From contig CM000150.2 of assembly GCA_000004695.1 (NCBI GenBank), positions 3,584,001 through 3,648,000 on the forward strand: a DNA stretch of 64,000 nucleotides. The letters are read 5' to 3'. The notes below the pieces were generated by a model. The model did no database searches, was not told where the DNA came from, and saw nothing but the letters and a program-made list of their open reading frames with translations. Below, piece after piece: positions 38,101-52,770 of the stretch. Source of the stretch: Dictyostelium discoideum (taxonomy: Eukaryota). Positions within the stretch are counted from its first letter, which is position 1, and each line of letters opens with the position of its first letter. A program made the position numbers and the translations under genes.

Positions 38101-41100
38101 TGTAGTTGTTTATTCAGATGATCAATACAGTTTAGAAGAAATATCATTTAGTTATCCTTCACCAATTATAGACCAAGTCATTCTTTCAAATTATGAATCA
38201 AAATTAAACACAACAGGTACAAATTATTTCACAGTAATAGGTAGAGGTTTAGGTACATACATTGCAGAACAAGTCGATATTATTATTAACCAAGAGTTTT
38301 ATGCAAGTTGCGAATTCGATTTCTGTGAAAGTTTAGAAATTATTGAAGATATAGATATAAAAGATCAAGGAATTTGTCAATATTTAAAATATAAAAATTA
38401 TCAATATATCAATGAAAACTTTGATATATTAAATTGTATTTTAGCTGATTCAATTGGTAAAGATAAATCAATCAGTATCAAAATTTCAGAATTCCAAAAC
38501 CAAACTTTCACCTACTCTTATTATGAACCATGGATTGAAAAACTAACACAAAACTCTTCATCAGCAACAACTGATGGTGGTGAAGTAATCGTTATAAATG
38601 GTTACAACTTTTTACCATTCGAAAATTTAAGTCCATACTATGAAAACAATGAAACTATTGCACAATGGTTAAATCAATCAGAAATATTAATTGGTGAAAG
38701 CTATCTTTGTCAATCAATTAATTGGACCAATTCCTATGAATTAAATTGTACAATCCCACCGGGAATTGGTGTTAATCATACAATCATTGTAAAAGTAGGC
38801 CTTCAATCATCAAATCATACTGATTATTTGTATTCTTACAATCCACCAAAACTTGATACAATCAATAATTCCACCAAAAATGAGACACATTACTATTCTT
38901 CAACAGATGGTAACAATGAAATTATAATAACAGGTAATAACTTTATTCCAAAAGAGTTATCAGATCATTACAACCAGAATGAAAATAAAACTATAAATTC
39001 AATACTATTAGGTAAACAATATTGTAATGAAACTATTTGGATTAATTCAACAATAGTTAAATGTAAACCATTAGCAGGTATTGGGTCAAATTACAAAATA
39101 ATCATTAAAGTTGGCAATCAAAATTCAAACGAAACCGTTTACTTCTCATATGAGAAGCCAATTTTAGATTTAAAGAATTACACAGGTTCAACAAATGGTA
39201 ATACTGAAATTACAATAACAGGTATCAACTTTATTCCAAAACAATTAGCAGATAATAATAATTTCAATCAATCAGAGAACTATATAATGATTGGTGATAA
39301 TAAATGTAATGGAATTATTTGGATCAATTCAAGAACAGTTAAATGTAAACCAATATCAGGTACTGGTACCAATCATAGAGTTATCATAACAGTTGGTAAT
39401 CAAAACTCAAATGAAACGGTCTACTTTTCATATGATAAACCAATTTTAGATATTAAAAACTATAGTAGTCCAACTGATGGCAATACTGAAATCACAATAA
39501 CAGGTGAAAACTTTATCCAAAACTATAATCAAGAAAAACATAATGAAAATGATAATTTCGTTAGAATCGGTGAAAATAAATGTAATGAAACAAAGTGGAT
39601 AAATTCGACAACAATTAAATGTAAAATAATTCAAGGTATTGGTTTAGATTATAAAATAGTTGTAACAGTCGCCAATCAACAATCAAATGAAAATGTTTTC
39701 TTTTCATATGAAAAACCAATGATTGACAGTAAAACACTATTAGCATCAACCAGTGGCAGTGAAACTATTAAAATTACAGGTACCAATTTCATTCCATCAA
39801 TTTTAGTAGAACATTACAACAATATAAAAAATAAAAATAACTCAATAAATTCAGTTACTATCAATAACGAGTTTTGTAATGATATTGCATGGATTAACTC
39901 AACAGAACTAACATGTAAACCATTAGCAGGAGTTGGAACTAATCATACCATATTCATTTTAGTTGGAACTCAAAAATCAAATCAAGTAAAATCATTCTCA
40001 TATAAACCTCCAAAGATTGAAGAGTTTAAATACTACACAGCACCAACACATTCCAATAAAATTATTACTATAACTGGTGAAAACTTTATTCCAATCGAAT
40101 TATTATCAAAAGACAACAGCAATAGTTCAGTACTTATTGATAATATAAAATGTGAAGAAATCAAATGGATTGATTCTACAAAAGTTTCATGTCAAGTTCC
40201 AGTAGGTCAAGGTAAAGATTTATCGATTAAAGTTAAAATTGAAAATCAAGAAACTGAAGAAAATCAACAATTTTCATATGATAAACCATTTATTCAATCA
40301 ATCAATCCAAATAAAGGAAGATGTAATCAAGAAGTATTAATTACAATTCAAGGTGATAGTTTTGGAAAGAGTGATCAACTAATTAAAATTGGTAATAACG
40401 AATGTCAAGATATTCAATTCTATCCAAATCATACATTTACATGTAAAGTTCCAATCGTGGAGAATTCAATTAAATCCATTGTTTTATTAAATGTTGGAAA
40501 TCAAGATTCAAACGATAACATTACATATAAATACTATGGACCACCAGAAATTAAAAGTATTGGTTTACCATCATATCTTTCATTCAAAGGTGATGATTTA
40601 ATAACAATCATTGGTAATAACTTTATAGAATATGATGATGGATCTGATGAAATTGTTGTTAAATTTAATAATGAACCAACAGCTATCATTGAAAAAACAG
40701 AAACATCTATTAAAATTAAAACTCTTAGTGGTGATGAATTTAATTTACCAATTGCTGTAGAATTAAATGGTCAAATAAGTAATATCGATACTTCATTCGT
40801 TTACTCAAATCCAATAATTGAAAGTGTAACACCATCATCAAGTAGCTCAAAATCAAATACTCATATCATCATTAAAGGACATAATCTTGGATACTTAACA
40901 AACACTCCCAAAATTACAATTGGAAGTAGCAATTGTTTAAATATCAATACTATATCTCCAAATGAAGTTCGTTGTATAGTGTTGAAATCAAGCGCAGGCG
41001 CCAAACAATTAACATTAACCTATAAAAGTTATCAACCAACCTATTCACAATTCACTCATGATGATGACAGTGATAGCCACGATGACAGTGGAAGCCATGA

Positions 41101-42352
41101 TCATAATGATCCTAATGGACCAAAAGATACTATAATAGGTATTATCGGAAGTGCAATTGGAGTATCAGTATCAGGAGTCTTGGCTGGATTAATACCAACT
41201 ATTTTCGGTAATGGAACATCAGTAGCCACTACGGCCGCAACAACAAGGGCGGTAGATACAGCGGTAGCGGCAGCAACTACAGCAGCAACAGCAACAGCCA
41301 TTGCCAGTGCAACGATCGAAGGTGTTGCTGTAGTCGTTACAAGGGTATCAGTAATAGCAGCAACAGCAGGTGGTGTTATCGTTACTGCAATTGTAACAGC
41401 AACAGCCATTCTTATTTCAGGTGGAAGTACACCATCACCAACCCCAACCATAACTCCAACCATAACTCCAACCATAACTCCAACTATTTCACCAACTCCA
41501 ACACCAACCGATAACTATTGGGTAAGATGTATGGTCGATTATTCAAGATTAGCTTTACAAGTCGATAATCTTTACGGTCAAGATATAGTATGTATTGATG
41601 GTAATGGAATTTCATCAATTTTCAACGAATCATTCTCTTGTAAACCTGATCTTATTAACGATGGTATGATATGTGCTCAACAACATCAAGATGGAACAAA
41701 TTCAACAACCACATTTGGTAATTCAACATTAATTTGTCATATTGACCCAACAAAATCATGTGAAATTTCACCACCATTCATCATACCATCCGATCCAATT
41801 GAAGATGATGAATATTCAAATATTTTAGAATGTCAATATAATCTCATTGAAAATTCATTATCAACACACTCTAATAATAGTCCATTAAGATGTTATAATA
41901 ATGAAACTGAAAATTACTTCATTATGAATACTACACTTTCATGCTCAAAAGATGAATCATTAAGTCAAGATAAAGATACGATTTCTTGTTTATCAGATAC
42001 AGATGATACTCAAATCTTTTTCTTTAAGAACTCAATTACATGCATTACAGATTATCCATACTATAAATGTACAATGAAATCTCAATCATCACCAGATGAT
42101 AACATAATTCCAGAACCAACATTACCACCAACTCCATCAATTGATGATGATTCCACATGTATTTATGATTCAGCCAATCCATATTCAATAGATCTCCAAC
42201 CAACAACTGGAACTAATGTCAAATGTCCAACAAATGAAAAAGAACTTCATTATGATCTTTCAACTTATCTAACATGCACGGATAATATCACCCATAAAAA
42301 CTCCACCTATTCAATTTCTTACTCAACTTATGTTTGTATTAAAACTAAATAA
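32147..42352 (+). CDS. Giant MRH-lectin/IPT-TIG glycoprotein, copy C; exons 32147..32781, 32929..33407, 33494..33925, 34021..34075, 34148..36652, 36738..37771, 37864..42352. Exon 2 carries a 1-bp deletion, so this copy may be a pseudogene or require exon skipping
   Basis: Same seven-exon structure and splice phases as copy B. Exon 2 lacks a G between 33079 and 33080 (gcgatcattat versus gcgatcgattat in copies A and B). This gives an in-frame TAG in the B-like frame, and ORF 33124..33411 is in the shifted frame. Exons 3 and 5 N-terminal lectin regions are diverged from B. Exons 6 and 7 are near-identical to B apart from a longer Pro/Thr linker (3 extra TPTI units) and a variant Asp/His stretch. 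Confidence 0.5.
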
Positions 42353-42489
42353 ATAAAATATAAATAAATATAATCTTTTATCATTAAACGTATGGAAGGA
42401 TCTTCCTTCCTTAAATTTCAATAAATTATTATTTTTTTTTTTTTTTTTTTTATGTTTAGATATTATTTATTTTATATATTTAATATTGT

Positions 42490-42695
42490 AATCTTTTACA
42501 TATAATGATTCAGATGCTGAACCAGTTTATTCCTCACCAGTGCATTTGCCGAATTGAGCAAGAGAGTTACACTTGGCACGATGTAAATAAACTTACGAGC
42601 AGCTTCAACGTTGGCAGATTCACCTTTCCAAGTGAAGGGTACGAACGTTGAATTCACCGTTCGTACCAATTGTTCAGAGGTGAGCAAATTTGGAA
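42490..42695. other. GC-rich roughly 200-bp island in AT-rich intergenic DNA with a perfect 10-bp hairpin; candidate ncRNA or relic gene fragment
   Basis: ggtacgaacg-ttgaattcac-cgttcgtacc at about 42631..42660 forms a 10-bp stem. The ORF-track minus-strand ORF 42496..42687 (63 aa) has non-Dictyostelium-like composition. No family recognised. Confidence 0.3.
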
Positions 42696-42796
42696 TTCAT
42701 TTTAAAAAAAAAGTATGTAGTATATCGGTGTAATACAAAATATTGGAGAATTAAAAAAAAGGAAAAAAAAAAAAATAATAGTAACAATAAAAAATG

Positions 42797-42831
<35 letters not shown>

Positions 42832-43245
42832 TTTTTTGATCATTTTTTATAACTTTTTTTTTTTTTCTTATTTTGTCTTCTTAATTTATTTTTCGTTTAT
42901 TTTTATGGTTAAATAATATGAAAAAAAAATAAAATATAAAAAATCGGGAAGTGAATAAAATGAAAATTCATTTCGCCAGTAAAAAGTTTTTTAAAAAAAA
43001 AGAAAAAAAAAAAATTTATATTAATTAACACAAAGCCTATTACTTTGATTTCTTGTTTATTTATTTGGTATCAATTTTTTTTTAAAGTCTTTACCTCTTA
43101 AAAAAATTTTATTTTTATTTTATTTTTTTTTTTTTTTTTTTTCATGTGGGTAATATTTCCATTTTTTTTTTTTTTTTTTTATTTTTATTATTTTTTCTTA
43201 ATTTTATGAAAAAAAAAAAATAAAGGCGCACATTCTCAACGTTTT

Positions 43246-44552
43246 ATGAAAATGACATCAAAAATAGATGAAATAGATATTGATAATGGAGAGGAGGTTT
43301 TCGAAGAAATTGAAGATTTTGAAGACGAAGATAGTGATGATGGTGTATCTAAATCCAAATCAGATTCAAATAGAAAACGAAAGGTTTCAACACCAGCCCT
43401 AAAACCACATCCACCAATACCAAAATTACCATATAATGACCGTGTATTTATTATTCAACAACCTAAAAATGATACAAACATTATAGATTATGAAATTTTA
43501 ACATTACCAAGTCCAAAACATAGTAAGATTAATTATTATAATATTTTTTTAAAAAAAAAAAATAAAAAAAAAATAAAAAAAAAATAAAAAAAAAAACTAA
43601 CATTTTTTTAATCATTTCAGAATCAGTAAAATGTAGATATATATTAGATAAAGAGAATGATAGAATATTAGAGATTAATAAATTTAATAGTAAACCATCA
43701 TCATGGTTCATTGATAATGGTGTTAGACATGATGGATCAATGTATTTATCATCAGACATTGATCCATTGTTCCTTTTAATACCATTCCTTGAAAAGTATA
43801 AATCACTTCATAAAAATGAATACCTTGAAATTTCATCAATCATTAATGATTCATATTATTGTAATCTTTCAAAAATTCCTTTTAAACATTCACAATTATC
43901 TTTAATTTGTGATTCTAAAGGTAATATAAATCATTTATTAATTATAATAATTATAATAATAATATGTTTATTAATTTTTTTTTTTTTAAAAAAAAAATAT
44001 TTTATAGAAATTGCAGGATCAAAATTATATAGATTAGAAGATGAAAAATTATTAATATGGTTAAGATGTAAAGTAAAGAATATTTCAAATTATTTAAAAG
44101 AAACCAATACAGATATTTTTAAAACTTCAAATTATGTAAAAAAAGATTTATCATGGGAGACATTGTATACAATGTCAATTGGATTCGTTAGTGAATATCT
44201 ATCAGAATCAAATTGTAAAATGTTAAATCAAAGTTTTAATCTATTATCAGCAACAGCACAACAAACAATTAAATCTGAATCAGAGTATTTAGTTTACACA
44301 GAGAGAATAATAGATGAACCTGAACCACCAAAATCAAAAAGAGGTGCCTCTAAAAAAGCACCTGCAAAGAAATCTCCTGTAAAAGGTGGTGGAATTTCAA
44401 ATTTCCTCTCTCTAAAAAATGATACACCAACACCAATCACAGTGCCATCACTTAAACCTTCAAAAAAATCTGAGCCAATAATACCAACTACAACAACAAT
44501 AGCAGCAGAAACTAAAGGGAAAATAACAGATTTTTTTACTAAAATAACATAA
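43246..44552 (+). CDS. rnh2B: Ribonuclease H2 subunit B; exons 43246..43522, 43621..43929, 44008..44552
   Basis: KPSSWFIDNGVRHDGSMYLSSDIDPLFLLIPFLEKYKS aligns with human RNASEH2B [39 protein letters not shown]. The C-terminal KGKITDFFTKIT resembles the RNASEH2B PIP-box tail (MKSIDTFF). Splice sites A|GTAAGA..TTTCAG and AAG|GTAATA..TTATAG, phases verified by arithmetic. Confidence 0.8.
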
Positions 44553-44623
44553 TAAAAACAAAAAAAAAAAGAAAAAAATATATACAAAATTGTTTTTTTT
44601 TTATTTATTTATATATATCTATA

Positions 44624-46336
44624 TTATTTCTTTATTAAATTTGGTTGAATTCTTCTTTTAGGTTTGACATCAGTATTATTATTATTGTTATTGTTATTAT
44701 TAATTGTAGATGAAGATAAAGTAGAAGGTGTTATGGTTGGTGTTTCTTCATCAGTTTTTTGTTTTTTTATTTGTTCATTTTCATCTATTATTGAATCATT
44801 TTTTACAATACCACTAGAGTTTATATTGTTATTATCATCATCATCATCATTATCATCATCATCGTCATCATCATCACCGTCGTCATCATCATTTGATTCA
44901 CCAACATTACTATCATCATTATTATTTTCATTATCATTACTATTGTTATTATTGGGGTCATTCTTTCTTTTTAAATTGTTTTTATTTTCATTACTATTAT
45001 TGAATTGTTGTTGAAGCTGTTCATTGATTGTAGTGTTTACGATTGCTCTTTGTTTATATAATATACATTGTTTTAATGATTCTGGATATTCAGATTCTGG
45101 TAAAGGATCACCCAATTCATTTGGTGCAAATGAAACATATGAACAAAAACCATCAGATGAAGTAATCAATAGGATGGTACCATCAGATGACCATGATACA
45201 TCAGTTATTGATGAATAATGTAAATTTGATAGTATGGAAATTGGTTTATCGGTTTTTTGTGTATCATAAATTGCAACTGTATCTAGTGATGAAATTGCAA
45301 ATATCATACGATATTTAATATTTAATAAATTATTATTATTTTCATCATCATCGTCATCATCCATATCCATATCATCCATATCCATATCATCTTCATCATC
45401 ATCTTCAATATCATCATCTTCGTCACTATCGCTATCAGTATCATTATCATTATCATTATCATTATTGGTATTATTATTATTATTAATATTATTATTATTA
45501 TTATTATTGTTATTATTATCGTCATTATTATTGGAATCATCATCATTATTATTATTATTATTATTATTATTTGTATCTGGTCTTAATTTAAAAATTATTG
45601 GATTAAATTTTACAACTACGGTTGGATTATTTGATGGTAGATGTATTAGTGGTCTATCTCTAATATGTCTTGAGAAAATGTATGAAGTACTTTGATATTT
45701 TGAAGTTGGGGAATCTCTGAATTTGCCTGTTGGTGTGATAAATATTGAACCATCTGGTGACCATGATGGTCTTCTAAAAAAGGTTGATGCTCTTTCATCA
45801 TAAAACATTCTATGACTAACTAAACTTTCTTCTTTTATTTTTGCTTCATCCAGTTGTTGTTGTTGTTGTTGTAGTTCTTCAATCTCAGCTATATCTTCAT
45901 TTGGAATTGATGTATTATTATAAGATCTTCTAGATAAAACATTTGATATAATTAAATTTAATTTCTTTCTACTATTTGTATTTACATCTTCAATTGTAGC
46001 ACTATTTACTACATTATTACCTGTACTATTACTATTTGTATTATTATTATTACTATCATTACTATTGCTGTTGTCATTGTCATCAGTGTCTTCACTATCT
46101 TTATCCTTTTCTGAAACTGGTGTAGAGGAAGAAGGGCATGATGATGGTTGTGTGATTATTTTTTTTTTTTTCTTTTCATTTCTATATATTCTGCAAGTAC
46201 CATCAGAACTTTGAGTAATCATAAAATCATTTAATGGATCCCATGATACACCTTGAACATAATGACTATGCTCTGTAATTAATTGATGATGTGTTTCTAT
46301 TTTTTTTTTTTTAAAAAAAAAAATAAAATAAAATAA

Positions 46337-46402
<66 letters not shown>

Positions 46403-47009
46403 TATAAAATTTTATAAAAGTGAATATACATACTAGATAGAGGACTCCAAATTGAAACACTATTATCAGTACTAACAGTAGATAGGTATTGACCATCACA
46501 AGACCAAGAGAGATCATATACATCAGTAGTAACACGTAAAACGGTTACAATTGACCAAATCTCTTTCATTGATGAGTCAGATGGTGGTATTGCATTTTGA
46601 TTTAATCTCCAAATTACAATTGAACCATCATCACTTCCTGATGCTAATAAATTACCACCAGGTGAAAATCTTGCAATATTAACTGGTTTGACATGTTTAG
46701 CTAAACTTGATAAAAATTCAACTGATAAATGTCCATCTTTATTCTTTGTATATCCCCATATCTATATTATAGAAAATAATAATAATAATAATAATATTAA
46801 TAATAATAAATAATAATATTAATAATAATAAAAGTGTTTATTAATATTAGTTTAAAAATAATAAATTAATTAATATGTGAAGTAGCTAAGCTTACTTTAA
46901 TTTCATTATCAAAACCAGTAGTACAAAATTTATTTGATGTTGGGTCAAAATCAGCAGAATAAATTGGATCTTTATTATGCCAAAGAATCATAACGGTTTC
47001 GCATTTCAT
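44624..47009 (-). CDS. chaf1b: Chromatin assembly factor 1 subunit B (CAF-1 p60), WD40 protein; exons 47009..46896, 46761..46434, 46296..44624
   Basis: MKCETVMILWHNKDPIYSADFDP (human [22 protein letters not shown]). HLSVEFLSSLAKHVKPVNIARFSPGGNLLASGSDDGSIVIWR (human [34 protein letters not shown]). FFRRPSWSPDGSIFITP..YIFSRHIRDRPLIHLP (human FFRRLSFTPDGSLLLTP..YVFSRKNLKRPIAHLP). LDTVAIYDTQKTDKPISILSNLHYSSITDVSWSSDGTILLITSSDGFCSYVSF (human [52 protein letters not shown]). Introns GTAAGC..TATAG and GTATGT..AATAG. The C-terminal half is N/D-rich low complexity. Confidence 0.85.
46334..46400. repeat. (ATT)n microsatellite inside chaf1b intron 2
   Basis: Perfect trinucleotide run visible in the sequence. 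Confidence 0.9.
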
Positions 47010-47590
47010 TTTCTTTATGTTGCAGCAAATGGAGGTAATGTTATGAAAATTAAAAAAAAAAAAAAAAATTTGAAAAAACTTTATTTATTTATTGGTTTTT
47101 TTTTTTTTTTAAATTTTAGCGCGAAACCGATTTTTTTTTGAAAAAATAATAATAAAAATAAAATAAAAGAAAAGAAAAGAAAATAAAAATAAATATTACA
47201 TTTAAATTACAAATTTTTAATTTTCCCAAGATAATCTAAGTATTAGGAGGAAAAAAAAAAAAAAAAAAAAAACAGATTTGTTGCATTCATTTTTTTATAA
47301 TTTAATTTCATGTATTTTTGAGTGCTCTATTTTTTTTTTTTTCAAGTACCAAATCTATATGTTTTATTAATAAATAATTTTTTTGTTAAAGTAACTTTAA
47401 TAAAGTTAAAAAAAAAAAATATTAAAATGTTGGGAATAAATATTGGAAAAAAAGAAAAAAAAAAAATAAAAGAGAAAAAAAAAAGAAAAAAAATGAGAAA
47501 TCACAAATTTTTTTTGTAATTTTTTTTTTTTTTTTTAAATTTTTTTTTTTTTTTTATTTATTTTATTTTAACCAATTAAAACAAATTATT

Positions 47591-49444
47591 ATGAATATAA
47601 TAAAATCAAATAAAAAGATTAAAAAGAATAAAATTAATAATGAAAATTTAGATAATAGTAAATTATTTTTTAAAGTATGGAGAAATTCATATATAAGATA
47701 TCAAATTTTTCAACATTTAAGATTATATAATATTCATAAGAATCAAATATCATTAACAAATGAACAATTAGAAGAATATAAATATTTAAATTATTGTAGA
47801 TCAATTTATTTAGTTGGTGATAAAATTGATAGTTCATTTTTAAAGGATAAATTACCAGATAGTGTTGAATGTTTATCATTTGTTTATTATTTCAACCAAC
47901 CGATATTAAATAGAATCGATTTCAATTACAATTCAAATTATCATTGTAATTTGAAATCGATAACCTTTGGATACGACTTTAATCAAGAAATTAAAGAGAC
48001 TGCACTACCAAGATCATTAGAGTCTTTAAAATTTGGTAGATTATTCAATCAGGAGTTGACCGAAACTACATTTAAAAATCAAATTAATTTAAAATCAATA
48101 GAATTTGGTGCAAAGTTTAATAATAAAGGTAAACCAATAAAGGTTGGAGTATTTCCAAAATCCATTGAATCTTTAAAGTTTGGTTTTCATTTTAATTCAT
48201 TCTTTGATGCGCATTCATTACCTAATGGTTTAAAATTAATTGAATTGGGTTCAAATTATTATCAAGATTTAAATCAAGAGGATATATTACCACGTTCACT
48301 TACAAGTCTATCATTATCAAATGAATATAAAATTCCAATCACTTTAAAAACAATTAAATCATTACCAAACTTAATGCATTTAGATTATCCAGGTTTCATT
48401 TTACCATTTGGTTCGAATGATGAAGTTTTACCATCTTTAAAATCACTTCGTAGTTTTATTGAATGGAATGATGATGATGATGATGGTGATGTTGGTGATG
48501 GTGGTGGTGGTGGTGGTGGTGGTAGTAGTAACTCAAAATTACCAAGTTCTTTAAATAAATTAACAATATGTGGTACAAATAAAATTTTTAAAAATATTTC
48601 AATACCAATTGGTTTAAAGGAAATTTATATTAAATCCTTATTAACATTTGATTCATTTCATAATGGTAAAGATAATGGTGATGTTGACATTTCAGATTTA
48701 CAGTTAGAGAAAATGACAATTGATATTCAAAGAGTGTTTGCAGAAGATATAAAACTTGGTTTACCAAAATTCTCAATACCAACATTTAAAAAATTGGAAA
48801 TTCTTTATTTAAATAGTGAATTCACTCAAGATATCTTTCCATCCACTATTACTTCATTAACATTGGATACCTATAATATGGTTTTTAATTCATACTCTCT
48901 ACCTAAATCATTAAAACATTTGAAATTACCAAATTATAATCAACCATTCACCAATATTGATTCATTTCCATGGAGAACTTTAGAGGAATTAGAATTTGGT
49001 ATGCCATTTTTTCAATCATTCCCACCATCGATATCTTTTAAAAATTTAAAATCTTTAACTATTGGTATTGATTGTTTTATGTCATTCTCAAAAAATTCAA
49101 CCGTTGATACTTTGTTCCCAGTTTTAGAATCAATTGTTTTTATAATTCCTCAAGAACTTAAATATATAATTTCAACCGATTGTTTCTTCCAATTATTACC
49201 TATTTCTATAAAGCATTTAAAACTTGGAAAGTATGGATTCGATAAACCATTCAATGATGAATCAATCATTTGGCCACCTAAATTAACAACTATTTCAATA
49301 CCTAACAGAATAATTCATTTAATTTTTGACAAAAACTTTTCATTACCACATCAATTAAAAAGTTTAGTTTGTGACAGGCTATCTGCTGTTGATGAATTTT
49401 ATTTTAAAATTATAAAAGTTTGTCCAGAAATAAAATTTTATTAA
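47591..49444 (+). CDS. FNIP-repeat-containing protein
   Basis: Repeated units of the form FG(x)FNQ(x)L..LP.SL.SL.FG..FNQ, for example FGYDFNQEIKETALPRSLESLKFGRLFNQELTE. These are characteristic of the dictyostelid FNIP repeat family. A Gly-rich run DDDDDGDVGDGGGGGGGG is present. Single 617-aa ORF. Confidence 0.7.
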   Translation: MNIIKSNKKIKKNKINNENLDNSKLFFKVWRNSYIRYQIFQHLRLYNIHKNQISLTNEQLEEYKYLNYCRSIYLVGDKIDSSFLKDKLPDSVECLSFVYYFNQPILNRIDFNYNSNYHCNLKSITFGYDFNQEIKETALPRSLESLKFGRLFNQELTETTFKNQINLKSIEFGAKFNNKGKPIKVGVFPKSIESLKFGFHFNSFFDAHSLPNGLKLIELGSNYYQDLNQEDILPRSLTSLSLSNEYKIPITLKTIKSLPNLMHLDYPGFILPFGSNDEVLPSLKSLRSFIEWNDDDDDGDVGDGGGGGGGGSSNSKLPSSLNKLTICGTNKIFKNISIPIGLKEIYIKSLLTFDSFHNGKDNGDVDISDLQLEKMTIDIQRVFAEDIKLGLPKFSIPTFKKLEILYLNSEFTQDIFPSTITSLTLDTYNMVFNSYSLPKSLKHLKLPNYNQPFTNIDSFPWRTLEELEFGMPFFQSFPPSISFKNLKSLTIGIDCFMSFSKNSTVDTLFPVLESIVFIIPQELKYIISTDCFFQLLPISIKHLKLGKYGFDKPFNDESIIWPPKLTTISIPNRIIHLIFDKNFSLPHQLKSLVCDRLSAVDEFYFKIIKVCPEIKFY

Positions 49445-49883
49445 TTTTTTTTTCTTTTTTTATTTTTTTTCCAAGATAAAAATAAAATTAAGATAAAAAT
49501 AAAATAAAGATAAAATTTAATAATTATTTTTTTTATTGTTTTTATTTTATTAGTGTCATATAAGGCTTTTAGTCACCCTAGGAATAATATCTTAATTATT
49601 TTTTTTGAAAATTTTTGTCAGTTTTTAATTTAATTTTCATGAGGTGTTTTTTTAAGTTTTTAAAAAAAAAAAAATAAAAAAAAAAAAATATTTTGAGATA
49701 TTATTTTGGCGGTGATTAAAAATGTTTTTTTTTTTTTTTGTCCTCAATCCAATTATTTCGAAAATAAATATAAAAAAAATATAAAAGTAAATATAAAAAC
49801 AAAAAATAAAAATAAAAATAGAAATAAAAAAAATAAACAAAAATAAAAATAATAAAAATTAAAAAAAAAAATAATAAATAATT

Positions 49884-51911
<2,028 letters not shown>

Positions 51912-52563
51912 TCAATTCTTTTCAATGGAATATCTAAATAATTAAAATAAAAAAATTTAAATTTAAAAATTAAATGACATAGAATAAAATGTTTGATTTA
52001 CACATTTATATCCCCTATAAGAAATAAACAGTTAATAATAGTTTTGTTTGTGGAATTAATAATAAAATGTAAATTGATTATTGTTTTTTTAATGAAGCAA
52101 TTAAATAAATAAAAAATTGTAATTAATTAAATGAATTTTTGGAAGTTGTTCGAATGTGTAAACTAGTTTTACTTGATTACTTTAACGTTGAGTTGTTGGG
52201 ATGAAAGTGTAACAAGATCTCAAAAAAATATCTTGTTAATACTAATATTTATTTAATTTTATGAAATGTTCTAAACAGAACATTTAAAAATAACTATTAA
52301 TATTGAATTGATAATTCAATATTAATTATTACTAACTTAATTCATTTTAATAAATTGTTTCATTTTATATAATAAACTCACTAAACACAACTAAACAATA
52401 ATTCAAAAATAAATAATAATAATTTAGAATATAGTTTTGTTTCAACATTTTGTTATGACACATACAATTCAGAAAATAATAATAATTTATTTTATTGTTT
52501 TGTTTAAAGGGGTTTTCTCCCGTTGTAATTAAATTTAATTAATTTTAAATTAAATTTAATTTT

Positions 52564-52601
<38 letters not shown>

Positions 52602-52770
52602 TTGAATTTCACAAAAGTTTTCATAACAGATATTAGATACCAGATATTAAAAATGCCACACACAAAATCACCATATAAAATAATAATATAAATTTAAAAA
52701 TAATTTAATTAGAAGAGAAAATAATAATTAAATTAAAATAATATAATATTGTAGTTTAAATTGGATCTAA

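Noticed and set aside
44664-45695. ORFs 44664..45014, 45024..45218, 45322..45546 and 45465..45695 inside chaf1b
   Set aside because: They are opposite-strand or off-frame translations of the Asn/Asp-rich low-complexity C-terminal half of CAF-1 p60.
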